Origin: Eledone cirrhosa
Lineage: Eukaryota
NCBI GenBank assembly: GCA_964016885.1
Contig: OZ024740.1
Coordinates: 370,884,001-370,948,000 of the forward strand
Direction of reading: 5' to 3'
DNA length: 64,000 nt
The notes under the pieces: model-generated
Told to the model about the DNA's origin: nothing
What the model saw: only the letters and a program-made list of their open reading frames with translations
Databases searched by the model: none
Shown: piece by piece, positions 52,535 through 64,000 of the stretch
How the letters are laid out: each line of letters begins with the position of its first letter
How positions within the stretch are numbered: position 1 is the first letter of the stretch
Program-made: the position numbers and the translations under genes

Positions 52535-54050
52535 TGGACAGAAACGTTTGAGTGTCGGCCAAAATCTTTTGAGCTTTCAAATTTCATCGATGTCAACTTT
52601 GCCTGTCACCCACCTATGGTCGATAAAATAACTTTCCCCTCCCACCAAAATTGTTGGCCTGGTACCTAAATCAGAAATCATTATTATATACTTGAGGGCC
52701 GTGGATTGGCAGCATCGGTAGAGCGTCGAACAATATGCTTTGAAGTATAGAGTTACGGCCCTTTGCGTTTTGAGTTCAAATCCTGCCGAGGTTACCTTTA
52801 CCTTTCATCCTTATGAGGTCGATAAAATAAAGCATCACTAACGCACTGGGGTCAATTTTATCGACTTTCCACTCTTCCAAAAAATTCCTGGCCTTGTGCC
52901 CAAAGTAGAAATCATTATTATATAAAGTAAACTTCGGCAAATTCCGCCGAGGTTTACTTTGCCTTTCATCCTTACGGGGTCGATAAAATGAAGTACCAGT
53001 AATGCACTGGGTAATTGCTGGCCTTGTGCCAAAAGTAGAAACAATTAATATATAGTTGGCCCAAAGTAGAAATCATTATTATAGAGTTGGTCCAAAGTAG
53101 AAATCATTATTATATAGTTGGCCCAAAGTAGAAATCATTATTATATAGTTGGTCCAAAGAAGAAATCATTATTATATAGTTGGCCCAAAGTAGAAACAAT
53201 TATTATATAGTTGGCCCAAAGTAGAAATCATTATTATATAGTTGGCCCAAAGTAGAAATCATTATTATATAGTTGGCCCAAAGTAGAAATCATTATTATA
53301 TAGTTGGCCCAAAGTAGAAATCATTATTATATAGTTGGCCCAAAGTAGAAATCATTATTATAGAGTTGGCCCAAAGTAGAAATCATTATTATATAGTTGG
53401 CCTAAAGTAGAAATCATTATTATAGAGTTGGTCCAAAGTAGAAATCATTATTATATAGTTGGTCCAAAGTAGAAATCATTAATATATAGTTGGCCCAAAG
53501 TAGAAACAATTATTATAGAGTTGGCCCAAAGTAGAAATCATTAATATATAGTTGGCCCAAAGTAGAAATCATTATTATATAGTTGGCGGTGGATTGGCAG
53601 TATTGGTAGAGTGTCGGATGCCATGCTTTGGCGCATAGAGTTACGGCCCTTGCCATTCTGAGTTCAAATCCCGCCGAGGTTAACTTTGCGGTGGATTGGC
53701 AGTATTCGTAGAAGGTCGGACGCCATGTTTTCCAGCATAGTTACGTCCCTTTACGATCTGAGTTCAAATCCCACCGAGGTTGACTTTGCCTTTCATCCTT
53801 ACGGGGTCGATAAAATAAAGTACCAGTAATGCACTGGGTAATTGCTGGCTTTGTGCCTAGAGTAGAAACAATTATTATATAGGGTTGGACGCCATGCTTT
53901 CTAGCATAGGTACGTCCCTTTACGATTTGAGTTCAAATCCCGTCGTGATTAACTTTGCCTTTCATCCTTACGAGGTCGATAAAATAAAGTACCAGTAATG
54001 TACTGGATAATTGGTGGCCTTGTGCCAAAAGTAGAAACAATTATTATATA
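52535..54050 (+). mobile_element. Head-to-tail cluster of ~6 SINE family 1 copies containing a 31-bp minisatellite
   Basis: Repeated consensus copies. Confidence 0.85.
53030..53587 (+). repeat. 31-bp minisatellite (GGCCCAAAGTAGAAATCATTATTATATAGTT), ~18 copies
   Basis: Seen directly. Confidence 0.95.
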
Positions 54051-54374
54051 GTTGGTTGACTGCATTTAGTTACGACATTTTACGTTTTGGGTTCAAGTCC
54101 CACCGAGGGTTCATAAAAGGATCGGTATCTTTGACTTTCCCCTCTTCACAAATTGTTGGCTTTGGGCCTTAATTAGAAATGATTATTGACCATTATATTA
54201 AAATTAAGGCTATGAGCGTTAGATAAAGTAGGAAACCGTATAGAATGCATGTAGTATTCAGTTACCTCACCTTATATCCTGAGTTTAAATCTTGGACAAC
54301 GTAGATAACTCGTAATTGAAACCTTTAAAGTTACTATGTATAAATCCAAGATCTCTAATGACCTCTCTTAATTA

Positions 54375-54560
54375 GGATTGGCAGTATCGGTAGAGAGTCG
54401 AGCGCCATGCTTTGACGTATATAGTTACGGCCCTTGCCATTCTGAGTTCAAATCCCGCCGAAGTTAACGTTGCCTTTCATCCTTACGGGGTCGATAAAAT
54501 AAAGTACCAGTAGTGTACTGGGTAATTGCTGGCCTTGTGCCAAAAGTAGAAACAATTATT
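54375..54560 (+). mobile_element. SINE family 1
   Basis: Consensus match. Confidence 0.85.
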
Positions 54561-54607
54561 GGCCTAACAGAAACTGCAGATGATTCAGTGACATTAATGG
54601 ACTGTAG

Positions 54608-54800
54608 TTTTAGCACAAGGCCAGCAATTTTGTGTAGAAGGGAAAGTCGATTATATTGACCCCAGTACCTGACTGGAACTTTATTTCATCGACACCGGAA
54701 GGATGAAAAACGAAGTTTACCTAAGCGGGATTTGAAATCAGAGCATAAAGAGGCGCAACAAGCACTGCAAAGCATTTGGTACGACGTTTTAACAGTTCTA
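54608..54800 (-). mobile_element. SINE family 1, older subfamily
   Basis: Reverse-complement consensus, diverged. Confidence 0.7.
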
Positions 54801-56224
54801 CCGATCGAACGGCCTATTCAGTGACATTAATGTGATAAATAAGTAATCTGATGAGAAAGGGTAATTCGCAGATAAAGAAGGAACTGGAAGTAGGAAGGGT
54901 GCATCTGTAAACAAGGAATGCTTAGCACGTGATATTTGGGGTGAGACATAATAACAGTGATTTAAAGAAGGCCTCAAGATGAAATTGGTTGGTGCAGGGA
55001 TGGCATCATACGTCACTAAAATGCTTTTGCTGTTGTTATTTTTGCTATTACTACTGGGAGGGAGGAGCAATGTGCATTATTCTTTTCTTAGTGCCTGAGA
55101 CTGATGAGGGGGGAGAGTGAAAATGTCCTTAAACCGGAGACCGAGGATGAATGCTTGCAACAGAATGTTATCTGATAAATGCACCCAATGACAAGACAGC
55201 AGTGTTAAATCGTGTTTAACTGTGATTAGGTAGATTTAAAATTAAAATAATCCTAGTCATAGCTATCCCAGCTTTTTGTTTTCTTTTCTTTTTTGTCTTT
55301 TTTTCGGGTAGTTTTCATCCAGAAACACATTATACAATGTGTCTTTTTTCCTTCTAAAATAGTAAAATAATGATTTTACTGCTATTTCTAACAGGTTGAG
55401 TGATTGCGTAGAGGCTCCTTCACTGGCTCAACGGTAACAGCTGTTGTTATTGTTGTTGTGTAGTCAAAGGTTAGCCTTGATTGAATAGACCTTGACCAAA
55501 ATGGTCCCAGCTATAACCATCCCATCTTTTGCTGTGTGTTTGTTTTTGTTGTGTTTTGCTTTTTGTGGGTATTCTATATCTCTGACTACATTATCCGATC
55601 TTTATTTCTTAAGACAGTACAATAAAGATTCATGGAAACCTGGTCGATATTGCTAGCAGGTTGAATGACCATGTAAAGTCACGTGTGTTCTTAATGGTAC
55701 GAGTTGTTATTGTTTTTCGACGTTGATTGAGTAGGCTTTTGGTCAAAGGCATTCCAGTAATGGCCTACCCGTCTTTTTTCTCATGTTTCGTGTATTTAGT
55801 ACTAGATTAGCCGATGTAGTTATATGTATTATTTCTTTAATACAGTAGGGTGGTTTTTTATGGAAAATGTGGCTGTTATTTCTAGCCGGCTGAGCTACCA
55901 GGCTGATCAAAATATGGAACGCCTCGCTTACATATAAATTTGAAACTGCCCACTACCAAAATTCTCTAAAACACGCATAAAAAATAGTGAACTTCTACAA
56001 AATTGAAAGCTTCTGTGTAAAGTGAAATCAGAGCATTATTTTATTCAAAGATTGATAGATTGGAAGAATTGATAAAGCCTTGGATATAATATCATATCGT
56101 ATTTGCTCCTGCTCTTTACATTCTGAATTCAAATCCCGCCGAGATCAACTTTGCCTTTCGCCCTTCCGGGGTCGATAAAATAAGTACCAGTCAAATACGG
56201 GACCAGGGTCGAGAATAAAATATG

Positions 56225-56970
56225 GGTAATGAAAGGGTGGAGCGAGTGTGAGTAGAAAGTCCCTAAGTGAAAATAGCACGATACCAGAGAATTCTAAGGA
56301 GCAGAGGCCACTTTGGTAGCAGTAGACAAGTCAGAGAGGCGACAGCATGTGTTAACGAGAGGCTGGAGTATGTTTGTAAGCAGCTTCATGACAATCATTC
56401 GAGTAACCTTTCTTTGGATATTATCTAGGATATCTCTTTGTGGAACAACAGCATAGTCTCAAATGTGGTAGCAGTACTCCATTGTGGGTCTCATCTGAAC
56501 TTTGTAGAGAGTTAATAGTTGTAATGTTCTGAAGTATTTTCTGGCTTTGAAGATGCAGTATTTGCTATATTGACGATGTGCGTACGCCAGGAGAGATTCT
56601 CGGTGGTGATAAGCTAGAGCATTTGAAGCGGTCATGATGATTCTGGTTGCTTGCTGTTCATTTTTAGGGGCTGGGGTGTGATAATGTTTTCTTGATATGT
56701 GCAGTGGCCGTGTCTCTGTACTGTTAAAGGAGACATTATTAGTAGTATCTCTATTGGAGAATATTTTCGAAGCCTCTGTTCATGGAGGCAATAGAGATTT
56801 GGCGTGAGGTGTCTAATTTGAATGTAGATGACATTTGATTGAAGAAAAATAGGAAATAATGAAGAGTGGCATCATCTACATAGGAATGGGTGTTGTTGGT
56901 GGTAGTAACTAACAGGTCATTGTTGTAGAGAACGAAGGGCGAATCCTGCGGAACACTAAAATTAATATAG
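56225..56970 (-). mobile_element. CR1/Jockey-like LINE reverse transcriptase fragment, highly degenerate
   Basis: SVPQDSPFVLYNNDL...HSYVDDATLH and TLYKVQMRPTMEYCYHI. Confidence 0.7.
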
Positions 56971-57744
56971 TGTAGGTTTTCTGCACATCTATATAAAAAA
57001 AAACTATGAAATAATATTTATTTTTAATTGGAATGTCATAAAGTAGAAAGATCAAGACTTTCACACTTTCACTTAAAAAAGTTAAATATATTTAAAACCA
57101 TTTTTAAGACGACAAATGACAATTTGGATTCAAACATATGAAAATGCTTCATCGTCAGCCATTTGAATCCTCATAAATTCTGAGATAGTCCTCTGTTATA
57201 TTACGTTCATTTCCGATCATAGTCATAAACTTGCCTGTTCAATCATCATCTTGGCCATAATTACTGTTTGGTTGAGAATTTCGCTTCGCAGCGACATGGT
57301 TTCGGGTTCAATCTAACTGCACGGTGGCTTGGACATGTGTGTTTTTTTTCTACCATAGCCTCGTGTCGAACAAAGCCTTGTGAAGGAAATTTGAGAGATG
57401 GAAAGTGTGTGGAATCCCATTGGAGACACCATTTATATTCTTTGGGGACAAACTCAATCCGTCACTCGGTTTAAAAACACCACGTGCAAGCACTGAAGTC
57501 AGGTTTGAGAATACTTTCCTTCCATCTTCCTACTACTCCTAAAGATCCTGATTAAAGTCATGGACGCGGCTCTTCCTCCTTTGGCAAAATATTGTAAAAG
57601 AAAAAAGGTAAAAATCTCATTCTTTTTCCCATCCTGGATGCACCCACCCCTATAGATTAGCCTAAAAAGGTTTCCTACGACTAACATAATCCCAGAACAG
57701 TTGGTGGGTGAAGTTGGACCTCAGTCGGTTCCAAGGGCCAGTGT

Positions 57745-58005
57745 TCTAATTGATTTGATCAACGGAACGGCCAGCTTGTGAAATTAACATGCGAGAAGCA
57801 GAACATTTCACAGATACGCGTATCCTTAACATAGTTCTCAGAGAGATTCGGCGTGACAAGGTTGTCCCATTATATTACAGGTACGACTCACTTTTGCCAG
57901 CTGAGACATGTGGTGCAACGTGAAATACAGGGTCGCACAGTCAGGGAATCAAACACGACTTTATGATCGTGAGCTGAACACCCTAACTACTAAGCCACAG
58001 GCCTT
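57745..58005 (-). mobile_element. CORE-like SINE family 2
   Basis: Paralog of 50680-50970. Confidence 0.7.
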
Positions 58006-58560
58006 CGCTATGACCCATAGCGGTAGCAGTGACGAGATTAATCCATTAAGTAAGAATAGGTGGAGGTGATTATGTATTGTGCGTCATTAACATTATATAA
58101 CGTGAATCATGACGATTATGTAACGTAAGCCATTTGAATTTATTTATATATGTTGATACTTTCCATTTGTGACTAAGGTTTCTTACACATGTGCACGATT
58201 TTTCCAGTTTGTTTTTCTTTCTTATTTTTAAATAACTCTATGTTTGTTTGCGTATATGGGTGTGTGTGGGGGAGGGGGTGTTTCTAAGCTTGTATGTCTG
58301 TATGCGTAAGAATACTTGCGTAAAGTGAATGAAGTGTTAAGTGGAGTTGGAGGAGTTGTATTATATATATATATATGTATATGTGTAGGTGTGTATGTGC
58401 ATGTGTGTGTGTTTTTATGTAGAATGTGAGAAAGTGAAATTAGAACTGCAATTTATATATTTTCCAGTATTACATAACAAAAATTGATATGGACACGATA
58501 GTCATATATATATACGTACACACACACACGCACACACATACATACATGCATGCATGAATG

Positions 58561-58614
58561 CATACATACATACATACATACATACATACATACATACATA
58601 CATACATACATACA

Positions 58615-58644
<30 letters not shown>
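58561..58644. repeat. (CATA)n microsatellite
   Basis: Seen directly. Confidence 0.95.
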
Positions 58645-58646
<2 letters not shown>

Positions 58647-59836
58647 CTCCCTTCCTATGCGGCATGATGTCACTAAAACAATATATGATTCAAAGCCATC
58701 CTTAGTAAACACTCCACTGAGATAAATATAGAAAATATTGTTGTCGTCCAATGTACACAAACACATATATCAACACAAAGAATGTTGCTGGAAAATTCCA
58801 TCGAAACTTCTTCCAAGTTCAAACATAACACGCCTATGATAGTTGTTGAGACAGAACAGGAACAAACGTTATAGATGGGATAGAAGAGCTGGGGTTATAA
58901 TAAAATGTTGTGAGGAAAACAACTGGAATTTTGAAGCAAAACACACACTTCATAAATATAATCTGTATGCGGAGCAATAAAAATATGCAAAACTTTTCTA
59001 AATTCCAGTATGTTACTACTCACAGTAGTTATTATATAAATTCTAGAGCTTTGTTTCGCTAGAAAACAGCTCCCCTATTGAAAGGCTCCTTCTATAAAAA
59101 ATAAAATTCTCAATTGTGAAGATAATATCTTAACTATAATAAAGAGAGGAGTGGGGACTTCATCCAGAATATTTTTTTTTACCCCGTTTGTAAAATAAGT
59201 TGGATTACTTTGAATAAATAATAAATGAATATTACATAATTTATGTGCTAAATTTCGTGGCTGTTGATTAAATATATTTTATAGCTTATTTAATGATTCA
59301 CTTCTTTAAAATGTTCAAATGTCAACACTTCCGGTTAGCGGCCGTTATATTATAACACAAAATATCGCATATATTTCCGATGCTAATTTTCTCCCAATGC
59401 AGTTTATATATAATATTGTCTTTTTTAAATGTATCATGGATTACTTTACGGATTACATAAGACAGTGTAACACAGTCTCTCTTCAATTTCTGTGTATATT
59501 GTCAATTACGATTTTATTTGATGTATCATATCTACATACATATATATTTGTATATAATATCAATATACACACTACACATGCTAGCAGAAAACCACCCCAA
59601 GGGTGGTTTTTCTGCTAGTTTCTAGTAATAAAGTTTCATGTGAGTCTCATGTTATTAATATTCCAGTGGCTAAGAATGTTCTTGGAAAGAGAATTTCTAA
59701 ATATATTCCTGTCTGTGTCAGTAGCCTAGTGAAGATCAATTGGTAATACTTGAATAATATATTTCTCGAAAATTTGTTTCAACCCCAAGTTTCTGAAATT
59801 CTTAGATTTTCCTTGAAAGAAATCTATTGCAGCTTG

Positions 59837-61745
59837 GAACACTTTGTCTAATATATTTTTCCCACTATATTTATATTACTCAGAACACTTTGTCTGATGT
59901 GTTGTTCCCACTGTATATGTATTACTCAGAACACTTTGTCTGATGTGTTGTTCCTACTGTATATATATTACTTAGAATACTGTGTCTGATGTGTTGTTCC
60001 CACTGTATATATATTACTAAGAACACTTTGTCTGATGTGTTGTTCCCACTGTATATGTATTACTTAGAATACTGTGTCTGATGTGTTGTTCCCACTGTAT
60101 ATATATTACTAAGAACACTTTGTCTGATGAGTTGTTCCCACTGTATATATATTACTTAGAACACTTTGTCTGGTGTGTTGTTCCCACTGTATATGTATTA
60201 CTTAGAATACTGTGTCTGATGTGTTGTTCCCATTGTATATATATTACTAAGAACACTTTGTCTGATGAGTTGTTCCCACTGTATATGTATTACTTAGAAT
60301 ACTGTGTCTGATGTGTTGTTCCCATTGTATATATATTACTAAGAACACTTTGTCTGATGAGTTGTTCCCACTGTATATATATTACTTAGAACACTTTGTC
60401 TGGTGTGTTGTTCCCACTGTATATGTATTACTTAGAATACTGTGTCTGATGTGTCTTCCCACTGTATATATATTACTAAGAACACTTTGTCTGATGAGTT
60501 GTTCCCACTGTATATGTATTACTTAGAACACTTTGTCTGATGTGTTGTTCCCACTGTATATGTATTACTTAGAATACTGTGTCTGAGTGTCTTCCCACTG
60601 TATATGTATTACTAAGAACACTTTGTCTGATGAGTTGTTCCCACTGTATATGTATTACTTAGAATACTGTGTCTGATGTGTCTTCCCACTGTATATGTAT
60701 TACTAAGAACACTTTGTCTGATGAGTTGTTCCCACTGTATATGTATTACTTAGAACACTTTGTCTGATGTGTTGTTCCCACTGTATATGTATTACTTAGA
60801 ATACTGTGTCTGATGTGTCTTCCCACTGTATATGTATTACTAAGAACACTTTGTCTGATGAGTTGTTCCCACTGTATATGTATTACTTAGAACACTTTGT
60901 CTGATGTGTTGTTCCCACTGTATATGTATTACTTAGAATACTGTGTCTGATGTGTCTTCCCACTGTATATATATTACTAAGAACACTTTGTCTGATGAGT
61001 TGTTCCCACTGTATATGTATTACTTAGAACACTTTGTCAGATGTGTTTTTACTACTGTATATGTATTACGCAGAGCACTTTGTTTGATGTGTTGTTCTTA
61101 TTGTATATATATTACTTAGAATACTTTGTCTGATGTGTCTTCCCACTGTATATATATTACTCAGAACACTTTGTCTGATGAGTTGTTCCCACTGTATATG
61201 TATTACTCAGAACACTTTGTCTGATGTGTTTTCCTATTGTATATGTATTACTTAGAACACTTTGTCTGATGTGTTTTACTACTGTATATGTATTACTTAG
61301 AATACTTTGTCTGATGTGTTTTCCTATTGTATATATATTACTCAGAACACTTTGTCTGATGATTTGTTCCCACTGTATATGTATTACTCAGAACACTTTG
61401 TCGGATGTGTTTTCCTATTGTATATGTATTACTTAGAATACTTTGTCTGATGTGTTTTCCTATTGTATATATATTACTCAGAACACTTTGTCTGATGAGT
61501 TGTTCCCACTGTATATGTATTACTCAGAACACTTTGTCGGATGTGTTTTCCTATTGTATATGTATTACTTAGAACACTTTGTCTGATGTGTTGTTCCTAC
61601 TGTATATATATTACTTAGAATACTTTGTCTGATGTGTTTTTACTACTGTATATGTATTACTTAGAATACTTTGTCTTATGTGTTTTTCCTATTGTATAAG
61701 TATTACTCAGAACAATTAGTCAATGTTTTTTCTCACTGTATGTGT
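59837..61745 (+). repeat. 46-bp minisatellite (GAACACTTTGTCTGATGTGTTGTTCCCACTGTATATGTATTACTTA), ~41 copies
   Basis: Period 46 (59883, 59929...), with 44-45-bp variants at the right end. Confidence 0.95.
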
Positions 61746-62984
61746 ATTTCTTAAGCGCTTTCTCAATGTATGTGTTTTACTCAGGAAGTTACCTGGCACA
61801 TTGCATAAAAGTATTCCTAACAATAAAATAGTATTCTTGTGAAACATTGATTAAAAAAGTAAAAGTGAAATGTTGAAGAACTTTATTATTACAACCTCAG
61901 TTCTCATTCCATCTCATAAAGTACTATGACCAAACTAATTAGGCTTTTGTAAAATATAACAGGTCCTGCAACAGTCTGAAATTATTAAAGAAGGTTGTTT
62001 AGTTTTGTAATTTGCTATACTCGCTGACTGTTTGATAAATTCAATTGATTCTCAAAACCTCAGCTTTTGAATAATCTTACGAGAAAATCATTGTCGAAAA
62101 AGTTTAACCTCTTTCAACAACAGAAGTAACACATACAGTGTTTCACTTATGTGTGCAGCTACACATTTTCCCAAATCTGTGGCCATGTTATTTCATTGTC
62201 TCTACATCACATGGAATCTTATTATATGGAAAATCTCTCCCAATAAAGCATAATCGTGTTAGAAATTAACTACATAATATCTAGAGCATAGCATTCAAAA
62301 TCATAATGAATCCTTGAAACATTCCACTAAACCCTATATCTTACAACTTTGAAAATCATTGGTTTTTGTTTCTCTGGTATACATTGATATATGTTTTGTT
62401 AAGGGTCGAAATATGAAGATTTGTCATCCAAATTAGGTTTTTGCCACACAATGAGAAAATAAATGAAATTATAGTGAACATGTTTTCCTTCTCCGGTATA
62501 TATATCAAGCTATTTCAACTTTCAGTTGATGTGGAATTGTTATAAAATATATATTTTCATTAAATTACATTAGTTTTGTTAATAAATTTGTTGTTACCTT
62601 TTTTAATCGTCTTTTTTTTTTTAGAGTCACCTCGTTTTCATTTTAATCTATCATGTCTGTTTGTGCCGTTTCTTTTCTTTTTTTTTATTTCATCGTTTTT
62701 AAATTTCGGTACAGTTACGGTTGAAGTGGCGAATTTGCAGTCCTCAGAACGTCAGATAGAACGCTTTACGGCATTCATTCTGGCTCTTCAAATTCCACCG
62801 AGGTCAACTTTGCTTTTCCTGCTTTTGAAGTCAATAAAAAAAGTACAAGCCCAATACTGGGGTCGAATCTTTCTCTATACCTCTTTCTCACTTTTTCTCT
62901 ATCACTCTCTCTTCTTCTCTGGGAGAAATCGGCTGTCTAGACCTGGAAAGAGATGGGCTCTGCAAGGTTTAAAATCTTCTTGTG

Positions 62985-63830
62985 GCGCTAAACTCCGCCA
63001 GTTGCAGACTGCGCACCAATATGAGATATCTCTCTCCGCAAAGTTCGATGACCAGCAGCAGGGTTCAAAGAGCAAAGATCAAGTCTAGTCCATAAGTTAA
63101 CATTATCAAGCCATCATTTTGGCTGCCGGCCTCTGCTTCTCTTACCAGCCAACCTTCCTTCCAGGCATAACCTACTCGCACCACGAGTTGATCTTTTTAT
63201 ATGACCGTATAGTTTAAGTACTCTTAACTTGACAATTGATGTGATTGGTCTAAGTTTGGTAATGTTGAGCAGCTCACTGATACAGATACGGTCGCTGAGC
63301 CGCTTGCCAGTCATAAGTCTCATGATGTGGTTCTGGAATGTAGAGAGCTTCTGAAGTGACCTTGTCGTCCAATTAACACAGTCAAGACCATATAACACAA
63401 CTGGTAGGATGTAAGTATCAAAGGTCTTAGCCTTCAAATGATAGGAAACTCGTTTTGATGTTAGTACTTCCTTGTTCTTGTTGAAAGCTGCCCAACCTAG
63501 AGCGATGCGATACTGCGCAGCAACCATTCCATTGTTGTTTTATGATAGTTTGTGACAGAGATATACAAACTCTCTAACTTGAGCAATTTGCTGGTTGTAG
63601 GTTGTGATTTGGAGATTGGCATTGTTTTTATCAGTAGTCATACACTTTGTTTTGGAAATGTTGATGTGTAAGCCCGCCTCCAGCGAATGTTTGGCCAGTA
63701 CATTCAGGAAGTCTTGCAGATCAGTTCTAGAGTAACTCATGATGGCCAGATCGTTTTCATAGCTAAGATTTAATAGGATTTTACCTCCTATTTGATAGCC
63801 AGGGGAGCATTCTTCTTCAGTTTAGTTTCA
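62985..63830 (-). mobile_element. RTE-clade LINE RT C-terminal fragment, degenerate
   Basis: GLHINISKTKCM...EFVYL...RIALGWAAF...ILPVVLYG...LYGHIKR...EGRLAGKRSRGR. Confidence 0.88.
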
Positions 63831-64000
63831 AATGCTACACTTCTATTGTCATCTGTCTGTTGTTGAGATTCAATAGAGATTTCATACACACATTTTTCAT
63901 TACAAATAAATGTCAAAGAAAACACACACACACTTTCAGAAAGCTAAAACATAAACTGCTAGAACTTAACATATGCCGAACCACTTCACTACTGGATTGA

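Noticed and set aside
53030-53587. CRISPR-like 31-bp repeats
   Set aside because: Contiguous units without spacers, derived from a SINE junction, in a eukaryotic context.
55095-55130. CTGATGA...GAAAATGTC hammerhead candidate
   Set aside because: The intervening GGGGGGAGAGT cannot form stem II.
59837-61745. CTGATGA in minisatellite units as hammerhead cores
   Set aside because: No GAAA or stem II in register, and the motif is only a variant of CTGATGT.

Overview
Repeat-saturated eukaryotic DNA with no supportable host gene. The SINE and microsatellite content resembles cephalopod (octopus-like) genomes, which is an inference. It holds two Tx1-type LINEs, fragments of R4/Dong-, CRE-, CR1/Jockey- and RTE-type LINEs, and Penelope-like RT and GIY-YIG fragments. 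It also has non-autonomous Helitrons, MITEs, a mariner fragment, two tRNA-derived SINE families, a truncated tRNA-Gly, mini- and microsatellites and a 200-N gap. The most interesting signal is a set of about 10 type-I hammerhead-ribozyme (HHR) motifs, read by eye, in non-coding elements mostly lodged in (TA)n microsatellites. One is a 686-bp unit with a terminal direct repeat and a near-canonical HHR (29558-30345). Another is an apparently homogeneous 14.2-copy array of a 615-bp unit with a variant HHR (33805-42563). Together they look like a retrozyme-like or Penelope-dependent non-autonomous ribozyme retroelement system. A parallel (CATA)n-associated group (R4/Dong-like LINE plus an RTE-like non-autonomous element) and recurrent perfect fold-back palindromes at element ends are also visible. 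All folds and alignments were done manually and need computational confirmation.
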